Shown here: piece after piece, positions 30,263-40,637 of the stretch
Numbering within the stretch: the stretch's first letter is position 1
How the letters are laid out: each line of letters starts with the position of its first letter
From: Candidatus Thorarchaeota archaeon
GTDB lineage: Archaea > Asgardarchaeota > Thorarchaeia > Thorarchaeales > Thorarchaeaceae
DNA length: 64,000 nt
Direction: 5' to 3'
NCBI GenBank assembly: GCA_963726195.1
Contig: CAVSBO010000015.1
Location: 32,001-96,000, forward strand
Notes under the pieces: generated by a model
Databases searched by the model: none
What the model saw: the letters and a program-made list of their open reading frames with translations, nothing else
What the model was told of the DNA's origin: nothing
Position numbers and translations under genes: made by a program

Positions 30263-33200
30263 TCACTCTCTCAGCATGGCCTCGACTTCTTCCATATAGC
30301 TCTTCTCGCGCCACCAGCGTAGGTCTCGAGCACCTGTGGGGCAAATTGCAGCACATGCACCACATCCGTGGCATTTCACGTCGTCCGTCACGCTCTTCTT
30401 TACTCCCGGCGAGACCTCCATCATCGTAATGGCATCGTATGGACAGATTTCAGAGAAGTGGCACAGGTCACAGCCCACACACAGGTCTTGGTCCACTTCC
30501 GCAGTGAGCAGCTCAATCTGTACTGTACCCAGATTGAGTGGAATGCATGCCTCACTAGCTGCCGCCCGACCTTGGTTGATCGAGTCCGCCACGTTCTTGG
30601 CGTACGTCGTGCCGAGGAACACTCCGGGTACTGTCGTCTCGACTGGTCTGAACTTCATGTGCATCTCCCGGAGGAATCCGTCTTGACCACGGTTGATGCC
30701 CATGGCCTTTACCAGGTCAGCTACGTCATGCGGAGCTTCGAGGCCGACTGCCAGAACGACCAAGTTCGACCTTATCTTCAGTGTCTGTTGCGAAAGTGTA
30801 TCATAGATCGTGACTATGGCTTCGTTCGAATCCGGGGCCTTATCGACCGCTAGTGGTCTCTCTCGTACCCATCGGATGTATGTGATTCCATTCTGTCTGT
30901 TCTCGCGCCACATCTCTTCCATGCCGCTCGCGAATGGACGTATGTGCTCCTTGAATGCAGAGAAGATTCTCACATCCGGAAACATCTCTTTGAGCTCATG
31001 TTGCATTGCCACGAGGGCCGAGCAGCAGACTCGAGAGCAGTACCTGTTCCCCTCGCTAGGGTTCTGCCTCGAACCCACACAGTGAATGAACACAGGATTC
31101 TTTGGCGGGGTATTGAGTTCCCCGTCTCTGAGCCTCTTTTCCAATTCGAGTGTGGTGATGACTGCTGGAACAACTCCGAATCCGTACTCACCCTTTTTCG
31201 GTTCATATGTGTCAGTTCCGACAGTGAGAAGTATCGAGCCAACTTTCACAGTCTTTTTCTCATGTGTGGCGACGTTCTCGAGTATCACGTCGTAGTTTCC
31301 ATAGGTGCCCTCGCGACCGACTGGTCTTGAGTTCAACAGCACTTGAATTTTCTTCTCCTGACTGACACGCGCCTTCAGATTGTCAACAATGTCCTTCGCC
31401 GATTCCATCATGGGAAAGATATGATGCAACTCGTTAAGTCGTCCACCAAGCTTGTCCGTCTTCTCAACAAGGACGACGTTGAAGCCTTTCCTAGAAATGT
31501 CAAGGGCCGCAGTCATGCCAGATACTCCTCCGCCTACGACCATGGCTGTGCAAACAACCTCAACAGACTTCATTGGAACGGCTTCGTTATTCACAGCCTT
31601 GGCCACTGCACTTCGAATCATATCCTGCGCCTTTTCCTGACGCTCCTCCGTCGTGGCCCTTGCATTCACCAAGGCCAGCAGTTCCCTCAGGCCTACAGGA
31701 CCGACAAAGTAGTACCTTGAGAGACCTGCTCTTTCAAGTGCGTTCCTGAAAGTCTCTTGATGCTGAAGCGGAGAGCACGAACCTACCACAACGCGATTAA
31801 GCTTGTACTCCTTAATTGCATCGACAATCTTCTGCTGCCCCGGGTCACTGCACATGAATATGTAATCTGTCGCAAAGGCGACATTGGGAAGGTCGCGTGA
31901 CCACTCGGCAAGACCCGGAGAACTAATCATATTGCCTATGATACCACCACAGTGGCAGATGAATACGCCAACTCTGGGCTCAACCCCTTCCTCAAGTGGG
32001 GGTATCACCTCAATTGGTGGCACTTCTGGAATTGGCAGAATCGAATGGGCCGCCATGGCGGCACCCTTCCCTTCGTTGACAGTGTCAGTACCATCTCTCG
32101 GGCCGTGATCACAGCCCGCGATGAAGATGCCCGGCTTGTCGGTTTCAAGTGCAGCCGTGTTCGGATGCTTCTCCTTCAGCCAGCCAGTGTCGCTGATGTC
32201 AATCTTGAGGAGATTGGCCAGCTCCTCGACACCATCACTTGGTCTAAAGCTCGCATTGAGGACTACGAGTGAGATGTCCTTCAGTTCGATAATCTTACCG
32301 GACTCTGTGTCCTCGAGCTTCACGAACAGGTCATGCGTATCGAGGTCTTCAGAGATCTCCGCAACTCTGCCTCGAATGAACTTGATGCCTTGGTTCTTTT
32401 GGCTGTCCCACAGGAACTCTTCGAGTGCCTTTCCGGCTGTTCGCATGTCCATGTAGGTGTATATGATCTCGCAGTGCTCTGCAGGGTAGTGCATCCGGGT
32501 AACTTGTGCCAGCTTGAGACCAAACGAACAGCAGACCCTGTTGCAGTGCTGGCTGTATCCGCTGATGTTCTCTCTGACATCCCTGCTTCCAACACAATTG
32601 ACGAAGAGTACCTTCTCCGGTTCTCTGCCATCTGATGGCCGAACCATGTGGGAGTCAGTGGGGCCGGTCGGGTGGCTCATTCGGTCGTATTCGAGGCTCG
32701 TGACAACATTCGGGAACACACCATAGCCGTACTCGCTGTAGTCGTATGGCTTGTACTCCTGAAATCCCGTGGCAACAATGATTGATCCTACTTTGACCGT
32801 GTAGAGCTTGTCTTCATCGTCATACTTGATGCAGTCTTGGGGACAAACTCCAGCACAGGTACCACAACCAATGCACGACTTCTTGTCTATGCGAGCAATA
32901 AGCGGGACCTGCTGCCTGAAGTTGAAGTAGATCGCCTTGCGCAGGCTCAAACCAAAGTCATACTCATTTGGAACCTCCACCGGACAGTTCTGAGTGCACA
33001 ACCCACATCCTGTGCACTTCTTTTCATCAACGTAGCGGGCCTGCTTTCGTATGGTCACAGTGAAATTGCCCTTAGTTCCTGACACTTTCTCTACCGTGGA
33101 CAAGGCGTAAGTTGTGATGTTCGGGTGCTTTCCTACGTAAGAAGTCAAGGGAGTCATGACACAGGCAGAGCACTCGAGCATTGGAAATATCTTGTAGACG

Positions 33201-33373
33201 GCCACATAGTTGCCGCCAATGTTCACGTTCTTCTCTACGAGGTGAACATGGTGCCCGCCTTTTGCGAGGTCGAGCGATGCGTTGATGCCGGCCATCCCTG
33301 CACCTATTACTAAGACATCTGTTATCTTGGGTGCTGCTTTAGGTGCTACCTTCTTGGTCGTCTTTGTGACCAT
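30263..33373 (-). CDS. hdrA: Second large HdrA-like protein (two FAD modules, no MvhD), divergent
   Basis: 'GAGMAG', 'KIFPMLECSAC', 'CVGSR..CNRVCC', internal 'VFICHCGG', 'GGGVSG', 'CSRVCC', C-terminal 2[4Fe-4S]. Confidence 0.9.
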   Translation of the reverse strand: MVTKTTKKVAPKAAPKITDVLVIGAGMAGINASLDLAKGGHHVHLVEKNVNIGGNYVAVYKIFPMLECSACVMTPLTSYVGKHPNITTYALSTVEKVSGTKGNFTVTIRKQARYVDEKKCTGCGLCTQNCPVEVPNEYDFGLSLRKAIYFNFRQQVPLIARIDKKSCIGCGTCAGVCPQDCIKYDDEDKLYTVKVGSIIVATGFQEYKPYDYSEYGYGVFPNVVTSLEYDRMSHPTGPTDSHMVRPSDGREPEKVLFVNCVGSRDVRENISGYSQHCNRVCCSFGLKLAQVTRMHYPAEHCEIIYTYMDMRTAGKALEEFLWDSQKNQGIKFIRGRVAEISEDLDTHDLFVKLEDTESGKIIELKDISLVVLNASFRPSDGVEELANLLKIDISDTGWLKEKHPNTAALETDKPGIFIAGCDHGPRDGTDTVNEGKGAAMAAHSILPIPEVPPIEVIPPLEEGVEPRVGVFICHCGGIIGNMISSPGLAEWSRDLPNVAFATDYIFMCSDPGQQKIVDAIKEYKLNRVVVGSCSPLQHQETFRNALERAGLSRYYFVGPVGLRELLALVNARATTEERQEKAQDMIRSAVAKAVNNEAVPMKSVEVVCTAMVVGGGVSGMTAALDISRKGFNVVLVEKTDKLGGRLNELHHIFPMMESAKDIVDNLKARVSQEKKIQVLLNSRPVGREGTYGNYDVILENVATHEKKTVKVGSILLTVGTDTYEPKKGEYGFGVVPAVITTLELEKRLRDGELNTPPKNPVFIHCVGSRQNPSEGNRYCSRVCCSALVAMQHELKEMFPDVRIFSAFKEHIRPFASGMEEMWRENRQNGITYIRWVRERPLAVDKAPDSNEAIVTIYDTLSQQTLKIRSNLVVLAVGLEAPHDVADLVKAMGINRGQDGFLREMHMKFRPVETTVPGVFLGTTYAKNVADSINQGRAAASEACIPLNLGTVQIELLTAEVDQDLCVGCDLCHFSEICPYDAITMMEVSPGVKKSVTDDVKCHGCGACAAICPTGARDLRWWREKSYMEEVEAMLRE

Positions 33374-33583
33374 CAGTAAAGATCTCCGGGCTGCGGTTCT
33401 ATCAAGGGCGACACCCTGAGAGTCGATATAATCTTTCTGTCAGAGGCCAAGCATTGAGGGCATCTCACCTCGTTGCTTAATCCACATCCATCTGGCGAGA
33501 TGGAAGCTCACGGGGGTTCTACGTTTGCGAACAGCCCGTCTAATGAGAGCCCAAGATGTATCTATGGGCAAAGCACATAGCGT

Positions 33584-34969
33584 CTACTCTCTGGAAGTTT
33601 CTCGTAGTCGCTCTGCCTTTTCCTTGTGCATCTTTTCCATTGCTTCTCTTACAGCATTTAGTCTCTCTCCATGAAGAGGGTAGTACTTCAAGCAGGCTAG
33701 TGCTAATGCCATGGCTATGAGCGGGATTGTCGTCATGGCTAGTCTGAATATCAGACTGATTTCCGGGGTTGGAGGCATACCGCCTTGGTATCCCGTCAGA
33801 CCGAAAACCACTGCTGCCGTCAACCCACTCAGGACAAACCCAAACCTGCCAAGGAAGCCGTTCATTCCGAAGTAGACTCCCTCTCTCCTGATTCCCGAGT
33901 AGACCTCATCTTCGTCAATGATCTCACTCACCATGACCTCGGGGAGCATCATGTATCCGGAGAGGCCAATGCCAGCAAGTAACATCACGGGCAACACTTG
34001 GGTAAGACCCGAAACAAACAGAAATGGTTGGAGCGAAATAGCGAAGACAGTCATGGTCACGATGAAGCATTTTCTGGTTCCATATTTCCTGTAAGCTCTA
34101 GCCCATACCGCAAGACAGGGCAGCGCGGAAACGAACATGCCCAGCAGGAGGATTGTCACGTCCCCTGGTGATATACCCATGATGTTAGTTGCAAAGAACT
34201 GGAGCATGCTGTCCATCCATAGGAAGGCATACTGGATCATCAGGTTGGCCACAGCGAAAATGAGGAATGTTCTATTCCTTAGCGTGGTCTTGAGGGTTTG
34301 GCCAAGTGATGGATTCGCTTCCAAGCTCACTCCTTTCTTTCTTTATTCCAGATTACAGAGATTATGAAAGGTAAGGACCCGACTGCACCCAAGAACAATC
34401 CAACCAGTCTATACGCATCATATACTGTCATTGCCTTCGAGAGATTTTCAATCATCATTGGCATGGAGAAAGCCAGTATGAGAACCTAATGCAGCGAACA
34501 GCTGTCGGGCAAGCTGAGCCTGCGATCTATCCTTAGGAGTTTCGTAGAGTTCCGGAAACATGGAAACGTAAGGAACGCTGACCAGCGTGTAGAAGCCGTC
34601 GAAGGCGATTATGGTGAGAAGGAAATAGATGAAAATCGGGATATTGAATGGTTCCGATAACGGAAGATTCGTCGCCGGGGGAGTCCAGACCAATAGGTAA
34701 GTGACAAAGAGAAAGATTGCGCCAATGAGTATGTAAGGTCTTCTTCTTCCCCACCTAGAACGAGTTCGGTCCGAGAGAACGCCGAAAAGTGGATCATTGA
34801 TTGCATTCCACACGCCGTAAATCGCTATGGCTATTCCGTAGAGGACTCCATCGAGTCCGATGTATTTCTTATCGACATAGAAGGTCAAAGCGAACGTCGC
34901 GAAAGCATTGTAGAGCAAAGACGCTCCCAAGTTTCCCGAAGCATAGCTTATCTTCGCTCCCAAACCCAT
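33584..34969 (-). CDS. MFS transporter, glycoside-pentoside-hexuronide (MelB/MFS_2) family; frameshifts near 34480 and 34350
   Basis: 'WNAINDPLFGVLSDRTRSRWGRRRPY', 'IIDEDE..G.RREGVYFG', 'YPL'. Confidence 0.88.
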
Positions 34970-35197
34970 GTTCGCAGCTCCCTATCTGCCCGTTGACTGT
35001 CAGGTCTTGTTGCCTTCGTTCTGCACTACGGCTCACGGGCATTTATCCGGATTACTTTAACTTGCTCCTCATCTGGATTACGTCTGAAGTCGTCGGTCTG
35101 TGTAGCTGAATGAGCATCCTGACTAGAGGTTACATACTCGAGCTAATACACAGAAGATAAATCCACGATTGCATTCCGTTCGGGTTAAGGTATTTGG

Positions 35198-35530
35198 ATG
35201 TCCCAAGAGAAGATACTGGCTCACCTCAAGGAAATTGCCAAGCGATTCGATGACCCAAAGATACAGAAGAGATTCGTGGGCTACAATAAGACGCTCCAGT
35301 TTGTGTTTCCCGACATCAAAGCGAGCATGTACCTGAAGATTGGCGACGGGAAAGTTCTTGCAGTCGGAGAAGGAGTAGTGCCAGCGGAACTGCAGGTGAC
35401 AATGGACTCTACGGTCTTTCTTGGCATAATGGCAAAGACAGAAAGCCCGATGGCTGCGTATTCTGCAGGCAAGCTCAAGACAAAAGGCGAGGTCCCCGAT
35501 CTGCTGAAGTTGCAGAAGCTCCTGCTGTAG
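35198..35530 (+). CDS. SCP2 sterol/lipid-binding domain protein (copy 1)
   Basis: 'ELQVTMDSTVFLGIM...SPMAAYSAGKLKTKG...LLKL' SCP2 signature. Confidence 0.85.
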   Translation: MSQEKILAHLKEIAKRFDDPKIQKRFVGYNKTLQFVFPDIKASMYLKIGDGKVLAVGEGVVPAELQVTMDSTVFLGIMAKTESPMAAYSAGKLKTKGEVPDLLKLQKLLL

Positions 35531-35685
35531 GTTTAGACATCCACTTCTCAGGTTAGTATCGTTTCATCGGTCCTTGTTTATAGTATGTGAGCTGAGATTT
35601 GTTGCTTGTGACGGCATTCCTAACTTGACGAGATTGCATGAATGTTTTAAAGGGGCGCTCATTCCGGTTCAACACGCGAGCCCCG

Positions 35686-36705
35686 GTGATAGACTTGAGA
35701 GTACTCATAACTGCGCCATTTTCCGAATCAGGACTGAAGACAATCAGAGATGCCGGTGTGACGGTTGTGCACCAGAGCTGGCTCGAGACCGGCAAGCTCT
35801 ACCTAGGCGACTCTTTCATCAAGCCGATTAAAGAAGCCGGTGCTGAAATCATCGTGGTGGAGGGCGATGAAGTCAAGGAAGAGGTGATTGCCGGCACTTC
35901 TCTCAGGCTAATAGGGTCTGCCAGGAATGATCCAAACAACATTTCCATCCCGGCTGCGACCGCAAAGAAGATTCCTGTAATCAGTGCGCCGGGCAGGAAC
36001 ACGAATGCGGTCGCGGAGCTTACAATAGGACTGATGTTGAGCGTTGCCCGCAAGATTGTATCATGTGAACGTTTTCTGAAGAGCGACTTCTTTGTGAACG
36101 ATTTCAGCGATTTCGCACGTATGTACAAGACATTGACGGGCTTCGAGCTGAACGGGCGAACCGTGGGCATCATCGGTCTTGGTTCGATTGGGTTTGAGGT
36201 CGCGAAGCGGCTCCAAGCGTTTGGCGCCCGGCTTCTTGTCTTTGACCCGTATGTAGACAATGCAAGAGTTCGTCAAGTAGGAGCTGAGGTGGTGAAGCTT
36301 GATGAGCTTCTGAAACGCTCTGATATCGTAACGGTGCATTGTCCGCCAACGCCCGAAACAAAGGGAATGATTGGAGCTAAGCAGTTCGCACAGATGAAAA
36401 AGACAGCCATATTCATCAATACGGCAAGGGCGATAATCACCGATGAAGCGGCACTTCTTGATGCTCTTAAGTCCGGGACGATTGCCGGCGCAGGTCTTGA
36501 TGTCTTTTCGATGGAGCCCATTGACTCCGACAATGTATTCCTGGGCCTTGACAACGTCGTTGTGACGCCACACATGGGAGGCAACACAATCGACACTCTA
36601 GAACGTCAATCAGCAATGATTGCAGCCGACATTGTCGCCTTCGTCAAGGGCAAGAATCCGCAGCACGTACTGAACCCTGAGGTGTTCGATAGGAGGGCCA
36701 AGTAG
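35686..36705 (+). CDS. D-isomer-specific 2-hydroxyacid dehydrogenase family (SerA-like fold, no ACT domain)
   Basis: 'PGRNTNAVAE', 'GIIGLGSIG', 'INTAR', 'LDVF..EP', 'TPHMGG'; TATA-like TTTTAAA at 35645. Confidence 0.9.
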   Translation: MIDLRVLITAPFSESGLKTIRDAGVTVVHQSWLETGKLYLGDSFIKPIKEAGAEIIVVEGDEVKEEVIAGTSLRLIGSARNDPNNISIPAATAKKIPVISAPGRNTNAVAELTIGLMLSVARKIVSCERFLKSDFFVNDFSDFARMYKTLTGFELNGRTVGIIGLGSIGFEVAKRLQAFGARLLVFDPYVDNARVRQVGAEVVKLDELLKRSDIVTVHCPPTPETKGMIGAKQFAQMKKTAIFINTARAIITDEAALLDALKSGTIAGAGLDVFSMEPIDSDNVFLGLDNVVVTPHMGGNTIDTLERQSAMIAADIVAFVKGKNPQHVLNPEVFDRRAK

Positions 36706-38214
36706 ATGGTAGTAGCAGCTATTGATGCCGGGACGACAGGTGTAAGATGCATGATCGTGAGTCGTCATGGCGAAGCCCTTGGAATAGGCCGAAGACCGTG
36801 GGGCTACACTACTCCTGCCAGTCTTGAAATAGCAAAGGAGTTCAGCCCCCAAGAGTTCTGGAAGCTTACATGCACCGTTACTCGTGAGGCTCTGAAGGTC
36901 TCGGGCATCCCCAAATCGGAGATTGAGGCTGTCGCCACCACAAGCCAGCGCCATGGAGTCGTGATGCTTGACAAAGACGGACATGAGCTCTACGGAGGCC
37001 CGAATATGGATGCTCGTGGGGCCATGAGCCAGTATGTAATTGAGGACGCGCTCGGAGAAAAGTTCCATGAAATTTCGGGATGCTGGCCTCCAATGGTCTT
37101 TTCCCCTGCGCGGCTTGCTTGGTTCGAAGAAGAAGAGCCCGAGATTCGTCAAGCCGTTGCACATCTTCTTCCAATTAACGACTGGATTACATACCGACTA
37201 TCCGGTTCGTATGCGGCCGACCCTTCCTCTGCGAGTGGTACAGGCTTCCTAGATGTGAAGTCACGTGCTTGGAGTTCTGAGATAACGGATGCACTTGAAA
37301 CCGACAAGTCAATCCTGCCAGAGATACACGAGGCGGGCACTGTCGTCGGGGAGGTCACCAAACAAGCAGAGAAGGATTGTGGGCTCCCAGCGGGTCTCAA
37401 TGTTGTTCAAGGTGGGACTGACACTCACTGTGCCCTGCTCGCGACAGAGACGGGTGTCAACGAAGTCACTGCAATAGCAGGCAGTACTGCGCCGTCGATG
37501 CTGGTTACAGACTGTGCGATATGTGTGCCTGATCAAAAGCTCTGGACAAGCTGCCATATGATTCCTGGCCAGTGGACTGTGGAGAGCAACTCCATGCTGA
37601 CTGGTGCGCTCCTCGATTGGGTCGTGCACCTGCTTTGTGAACGTGCCGAAAACCCGGAGAAGTGCATCAGCCAAATATACGGGAAGCTCTCGGAAATCAT
37701 AGCCCCGGTTCCTCCGGGCAGCCATGAGACCTATGCTGGCCTAGGACCGAGCATCATGGACTGCAGAAAGATGACAGAGGTTCCTCAAGCAAGGATCTTC
37801 TTCCCGCAGCCTGCTCTTCCAAGCGTTGTCTCTCTGGATACAGCGAGTTTGATTAATGCAGTTCTTGAGAATATCACTTACTCAATACGTGGGAACTGCG
37901 ACCAGCTGGCCGAGTTCGCGGAGGTAAAGGCATTGAAGGCGATAGGCGGCCTGACTCGTGCTCCTGCTTGGACAAAGATGCTTGCCAACGTAGTGAACAA
38001 ACCAGTACATATCACGCTTCAATCCGAAGGTAGTCTCCTTGGCGCAGCAATCTGTGCGGCGCGTGGCGCTGGCTGGTATCCCAGCCTACAAGCTGCGGCT
38101 CATGCAATGGTACGGTGGAAACCAGTTGTCGAACCTGACGAGAGAGCGAATGCCTACAAGACGTGCTACTCTAAATGGACAGAGATTTGGTGCGGTTTTC
38201 GAGGTGAACAGTAG
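36706..38214 (+). CDS. FGGY-family carbohydrate kinase (LsrK/xylulokinase-like)
   Basis: 'IDAGTTGVR', 'TSQRHG', 'D.R', 'DPSSASGTG', 'GGTDT', 'IAGST', 'LGAAICA'. Confidence 0.88.
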   Translation: MVVAAIDAGTTGVRCMIVSRHGEALGIGRRPWGYTTPASLEIAKEFSPQEFWKLTCTVTREALKVSGIPKSEIEAVATTSQRHGVVMLDKDGHELYGGPNMDARGAMSQYVIEDALGEKFHEISGCWPPMVFSPARLAWFEEEEPEIRQAVAHLLPINDWITYRLSGSYAADPSSASGTGFLDVKSRAWSSEITDALETDKSILPEIHEAGTVVGEVTKQAEKDCGLPAGLNVVQGGTDTHCALLATETGVNEVTAIAGSTAPSMLVTDCAICVPDQKLWTSCHMIPGQWTVESNSMLTGALLDWVVHLLCERAENPEKCISQIYGKLSEIIAPVPPGSHETYAGLGPSIMDCRKMTEVPQARIFFPQPALPSVVSLDTASLINAVLENITYSIRGNCDQLAEFAEVKALKAIGGLTRAPAWTKMLANVVNKPVHITLQSEGSLLGAAICAARGAGWYPSLQAAAHAMVRWKPVVEPDERANAYKTCYSKWTEIWCGFRGEQ

Positions 38215-38849
38215 TGTACGAGAAAGTGAAGAAAGAGATACAGGGTATCTGTAAGGAATTGCTGAAGGAAGGTCTTGTTGCCGGCACGGCGGGCAATGTG
38301 AGTGCAAGGGTCGATGATCATGTTGCGATAACATACAGTCAGAAGCATTACGACCAAATGCTCCCTGAGGATGTTATGATTCTGGACATGGAGGGGAATG
38401 TAGTCGAGGGTAAGATGAATCCCAGTTCGGAAACGCCAACGCACTTGGAGATTTACCATCAGAGAAAAGACGTCAATGCTGTGATACACACTCACAGCAT
38501 GTATGCCACGGCGATGGCTATCTTGCACAAGCCTCTCCCGCCCGTCATTGACGAAGTGACGGCAAGGCTTGGCGGTGAGATACGAGTTTCCACTTACGCA
38601 CAGCCCGGCTCAACCGCGCTAGGCAAAGCAGTGGTTGAAGGGCTTGAGATGAGAAGTGCTGTACTGATTGCCAATCACGGAGCTCTGTGCTGCGACAGAA
38701 CACTGAGGGATGCTTTCGACGACGCAGTCCTCCTTGAGAGAGCATGTAAGATATACATGCATGCGATTGCCCTCGGAGAACCGGTGCCTATCCCAGAAGA
38801 TGTGCTTGAGAGCGAAGGGGACATTTGGAGAATAGTGAAGGGAGTATAG
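38214..38849 (+). CDS. Class II aldolase/adducin family (fuculose-1-phosphate aldolase-like)
   Basis: 'GNVSAR', 'PSSE...H', 'HTHS', 'NHG'. Confidence 0.92.
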   Translation: MYEKVKKEIQGICKELLKEGLVAGTAGNVSARVDDHVAITYSQKHYDQMLPEDVMILDMEGNVVEGKMNPSSETPTHLEIYHQRKDVNAVIHTHSMYATAMAILHKPLPPVIDEVTARLGGEIRVSTYAQPGSTALGKAVVEGLEMRSAVLIANHGALCCDRTLRDAFDDAVLLERACKIYMHAIALGEPVPIPEDVLESEGDIWRIVKGV

Positions 38850-38860
38850 GAGACCTGCAA

Positions 38861-40637
38861 GTGAAGGCCTATGCCGGCAAGATACTCGTCGCAGACCTAA
38901 CAAAGGGAAAGACGAGTTCTATTGATACTGATTCTGCTCTCGCTGCCAAGTTCCTTGGTGGTGGCGGCTATGCCTGTGCGATGCTGTACGGCATAATGAC
39001 CACTCCTCCTGATCCGCTTGGCCCAGAAAACTTTCTGCTATTCATGACAGGTCCACTGACTGGTACGACGGCTCCTTGCAGTGGTCGTCATGTTGTTTGT
39101 GCGAGGTCTCCTTTGACAGGATTCTGGGGCGAGTCAAACTCAGGTGGCCACTTCGGAGCCAATCTCAAGTTTTCGGGCTTCGATGGGATACTAATCAAGG
39201 GGCGAGCCAAGAAGCCCACCCTCCTTTTCATTGACGACGGTTCCCCGAGTCTGATTCCCGGGGAGCATGTCTGGGGTATGACTACCGACGCTGCTCAGGA
39301 CAGAATCAAGCGCGACCTTGGAAGGGTGCAAGTCGCCTGCATCGGCCCTGCAGGAGAGAACAAGGTTCGATTTGCTAGCATAATGAACGACGAGAGATCA
39401 GCAGCTGAGATGCGGCCTTGGAGCAGTCATGGGTTCAAAGATGCTCAAGGCGATTGCAGTTCGAGGCAAGAATGAGGCCCCGCTAGCAGATCCCAGCGGT
39501 TTCAAGACGTTGGCTCAGAAAGCATTTCAGACTCTCGGTGAGCTTATGGCACCACTGAGAGAGTCGGGCACTGCAGTGTACGTAGACATAGGCATGGACT
39601 TCAATGATATGCCCATCAGGTATTTTCAGGAGACATCCTTCGACGTCTCATCACTCAATGCGAAGGCCATGGCATCGATCCTGACAGGGAGGATTGCATG
39701 TCACTCATGTCCTATTGGTTGTGGTCGCAGGATTTCGATTCCTGAGATGGGTCTCGAGAACGTTGCTGGACCTGAATACCAGACAATCGCGGCTTTCGGA
39801 ACGAACGTCATGAATGCCGACATAAAGCAAGTAGCCAGAATGAATAGGTTGTGCAATCAACTTGGCATGGACACAGTATCATGCGGCAGTACTCTGGCTC
39901 TCGCAATGCACCTGCGCGAAACCGGTGCCCTCGACATAAATCTGGATTGGGGCGATACAGAAAAGATGGCGGATATGATTCAAGCCATCGCCACGCGCGA
40001 AGGGCAAGGGAATTTGCTTGCGGAAGGGTCCAAGAGACTTGGCGATTCTCTTGGTTCCAGTGACGAAGTCATACATGTGAAGGGAATGGAGGTTCCGAAT
40101 CACGATCCTCGTGCATTCTCTGGGATGGCGACAATCTATGCCATAGCATCTCGCGGCGCCACACACCTTGAGGGAGATATGTACAGCGTTGACATGGGTG
40201 CTGACGTAAGGGAGCTCGGAATAAATAGTGGAGACCGGCTCGAGAATGAGGGCAAAGGAGTCATCGCCGCAAAGGCTCAGGACTATAGGGCCTTTTTCGA
40301 TTCACTTGTGATGTGCCATTTTGCAATACTGCCGCTCCAAACGGTTGTTGACCTGGTCAGCTTGGCCACAGGGCGCACGATGAATATCACCGATATGCTG
40401 ACCTTCGGCGCACGCAGTGTGACTATGAAACGATTGTACAATCTGAAGTGCGGTTTGACTCCGCAGGATGACAGACTGCCTACCCAGCTTCTCAAGCCTT
40501 TGCCTGACAGTGCAACTGACGACTTTGCGCCGGATATCGGGCTCCAGCTGCGTGACTACTACAAATACCGAAGGTGGGATGAAAGAACGGGCAGGCCCAG
40601 CATCGAATCACTCAAGGAACTGGGACTGGAGTCTTAG
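38861..40637 (+). CDS. aor: Tungsten aldehyde:ferredoxin oxidoreductase family; frameshift near 39405
   Basis: 'SPLTG..GESNSGG', 'IGPAGEN', 'MGSK.LKAI', 'CHSCPIGC', 'GPEYQT', 'GMDTVS', 'HDPR', 'RGATH', 'YYKYRRWD'. Confidence 0.9.

Noticed and set aside
20607-33373. Selenocysteine recoding in Hdr/MvhD
   Set aside because: The relevant motifs all use Cys codons in open frames, and the breaks in hdrB copy 1 are frame changes rather than in-frame TGA
20607-33373. Methanogenesis inferred from the Hdr and MtaA-like genes
   Set aside because: No mcr, mtr or corrinoid genes are in the window, and Hdr complexes are widespread in non-methanogens
36706-38214. Calling the kinase lsrK (AI-2 quorum sensing)
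   Set aside because: LsrK-like resemblance only; no lsrABCD, lsrG or lsrR nearby
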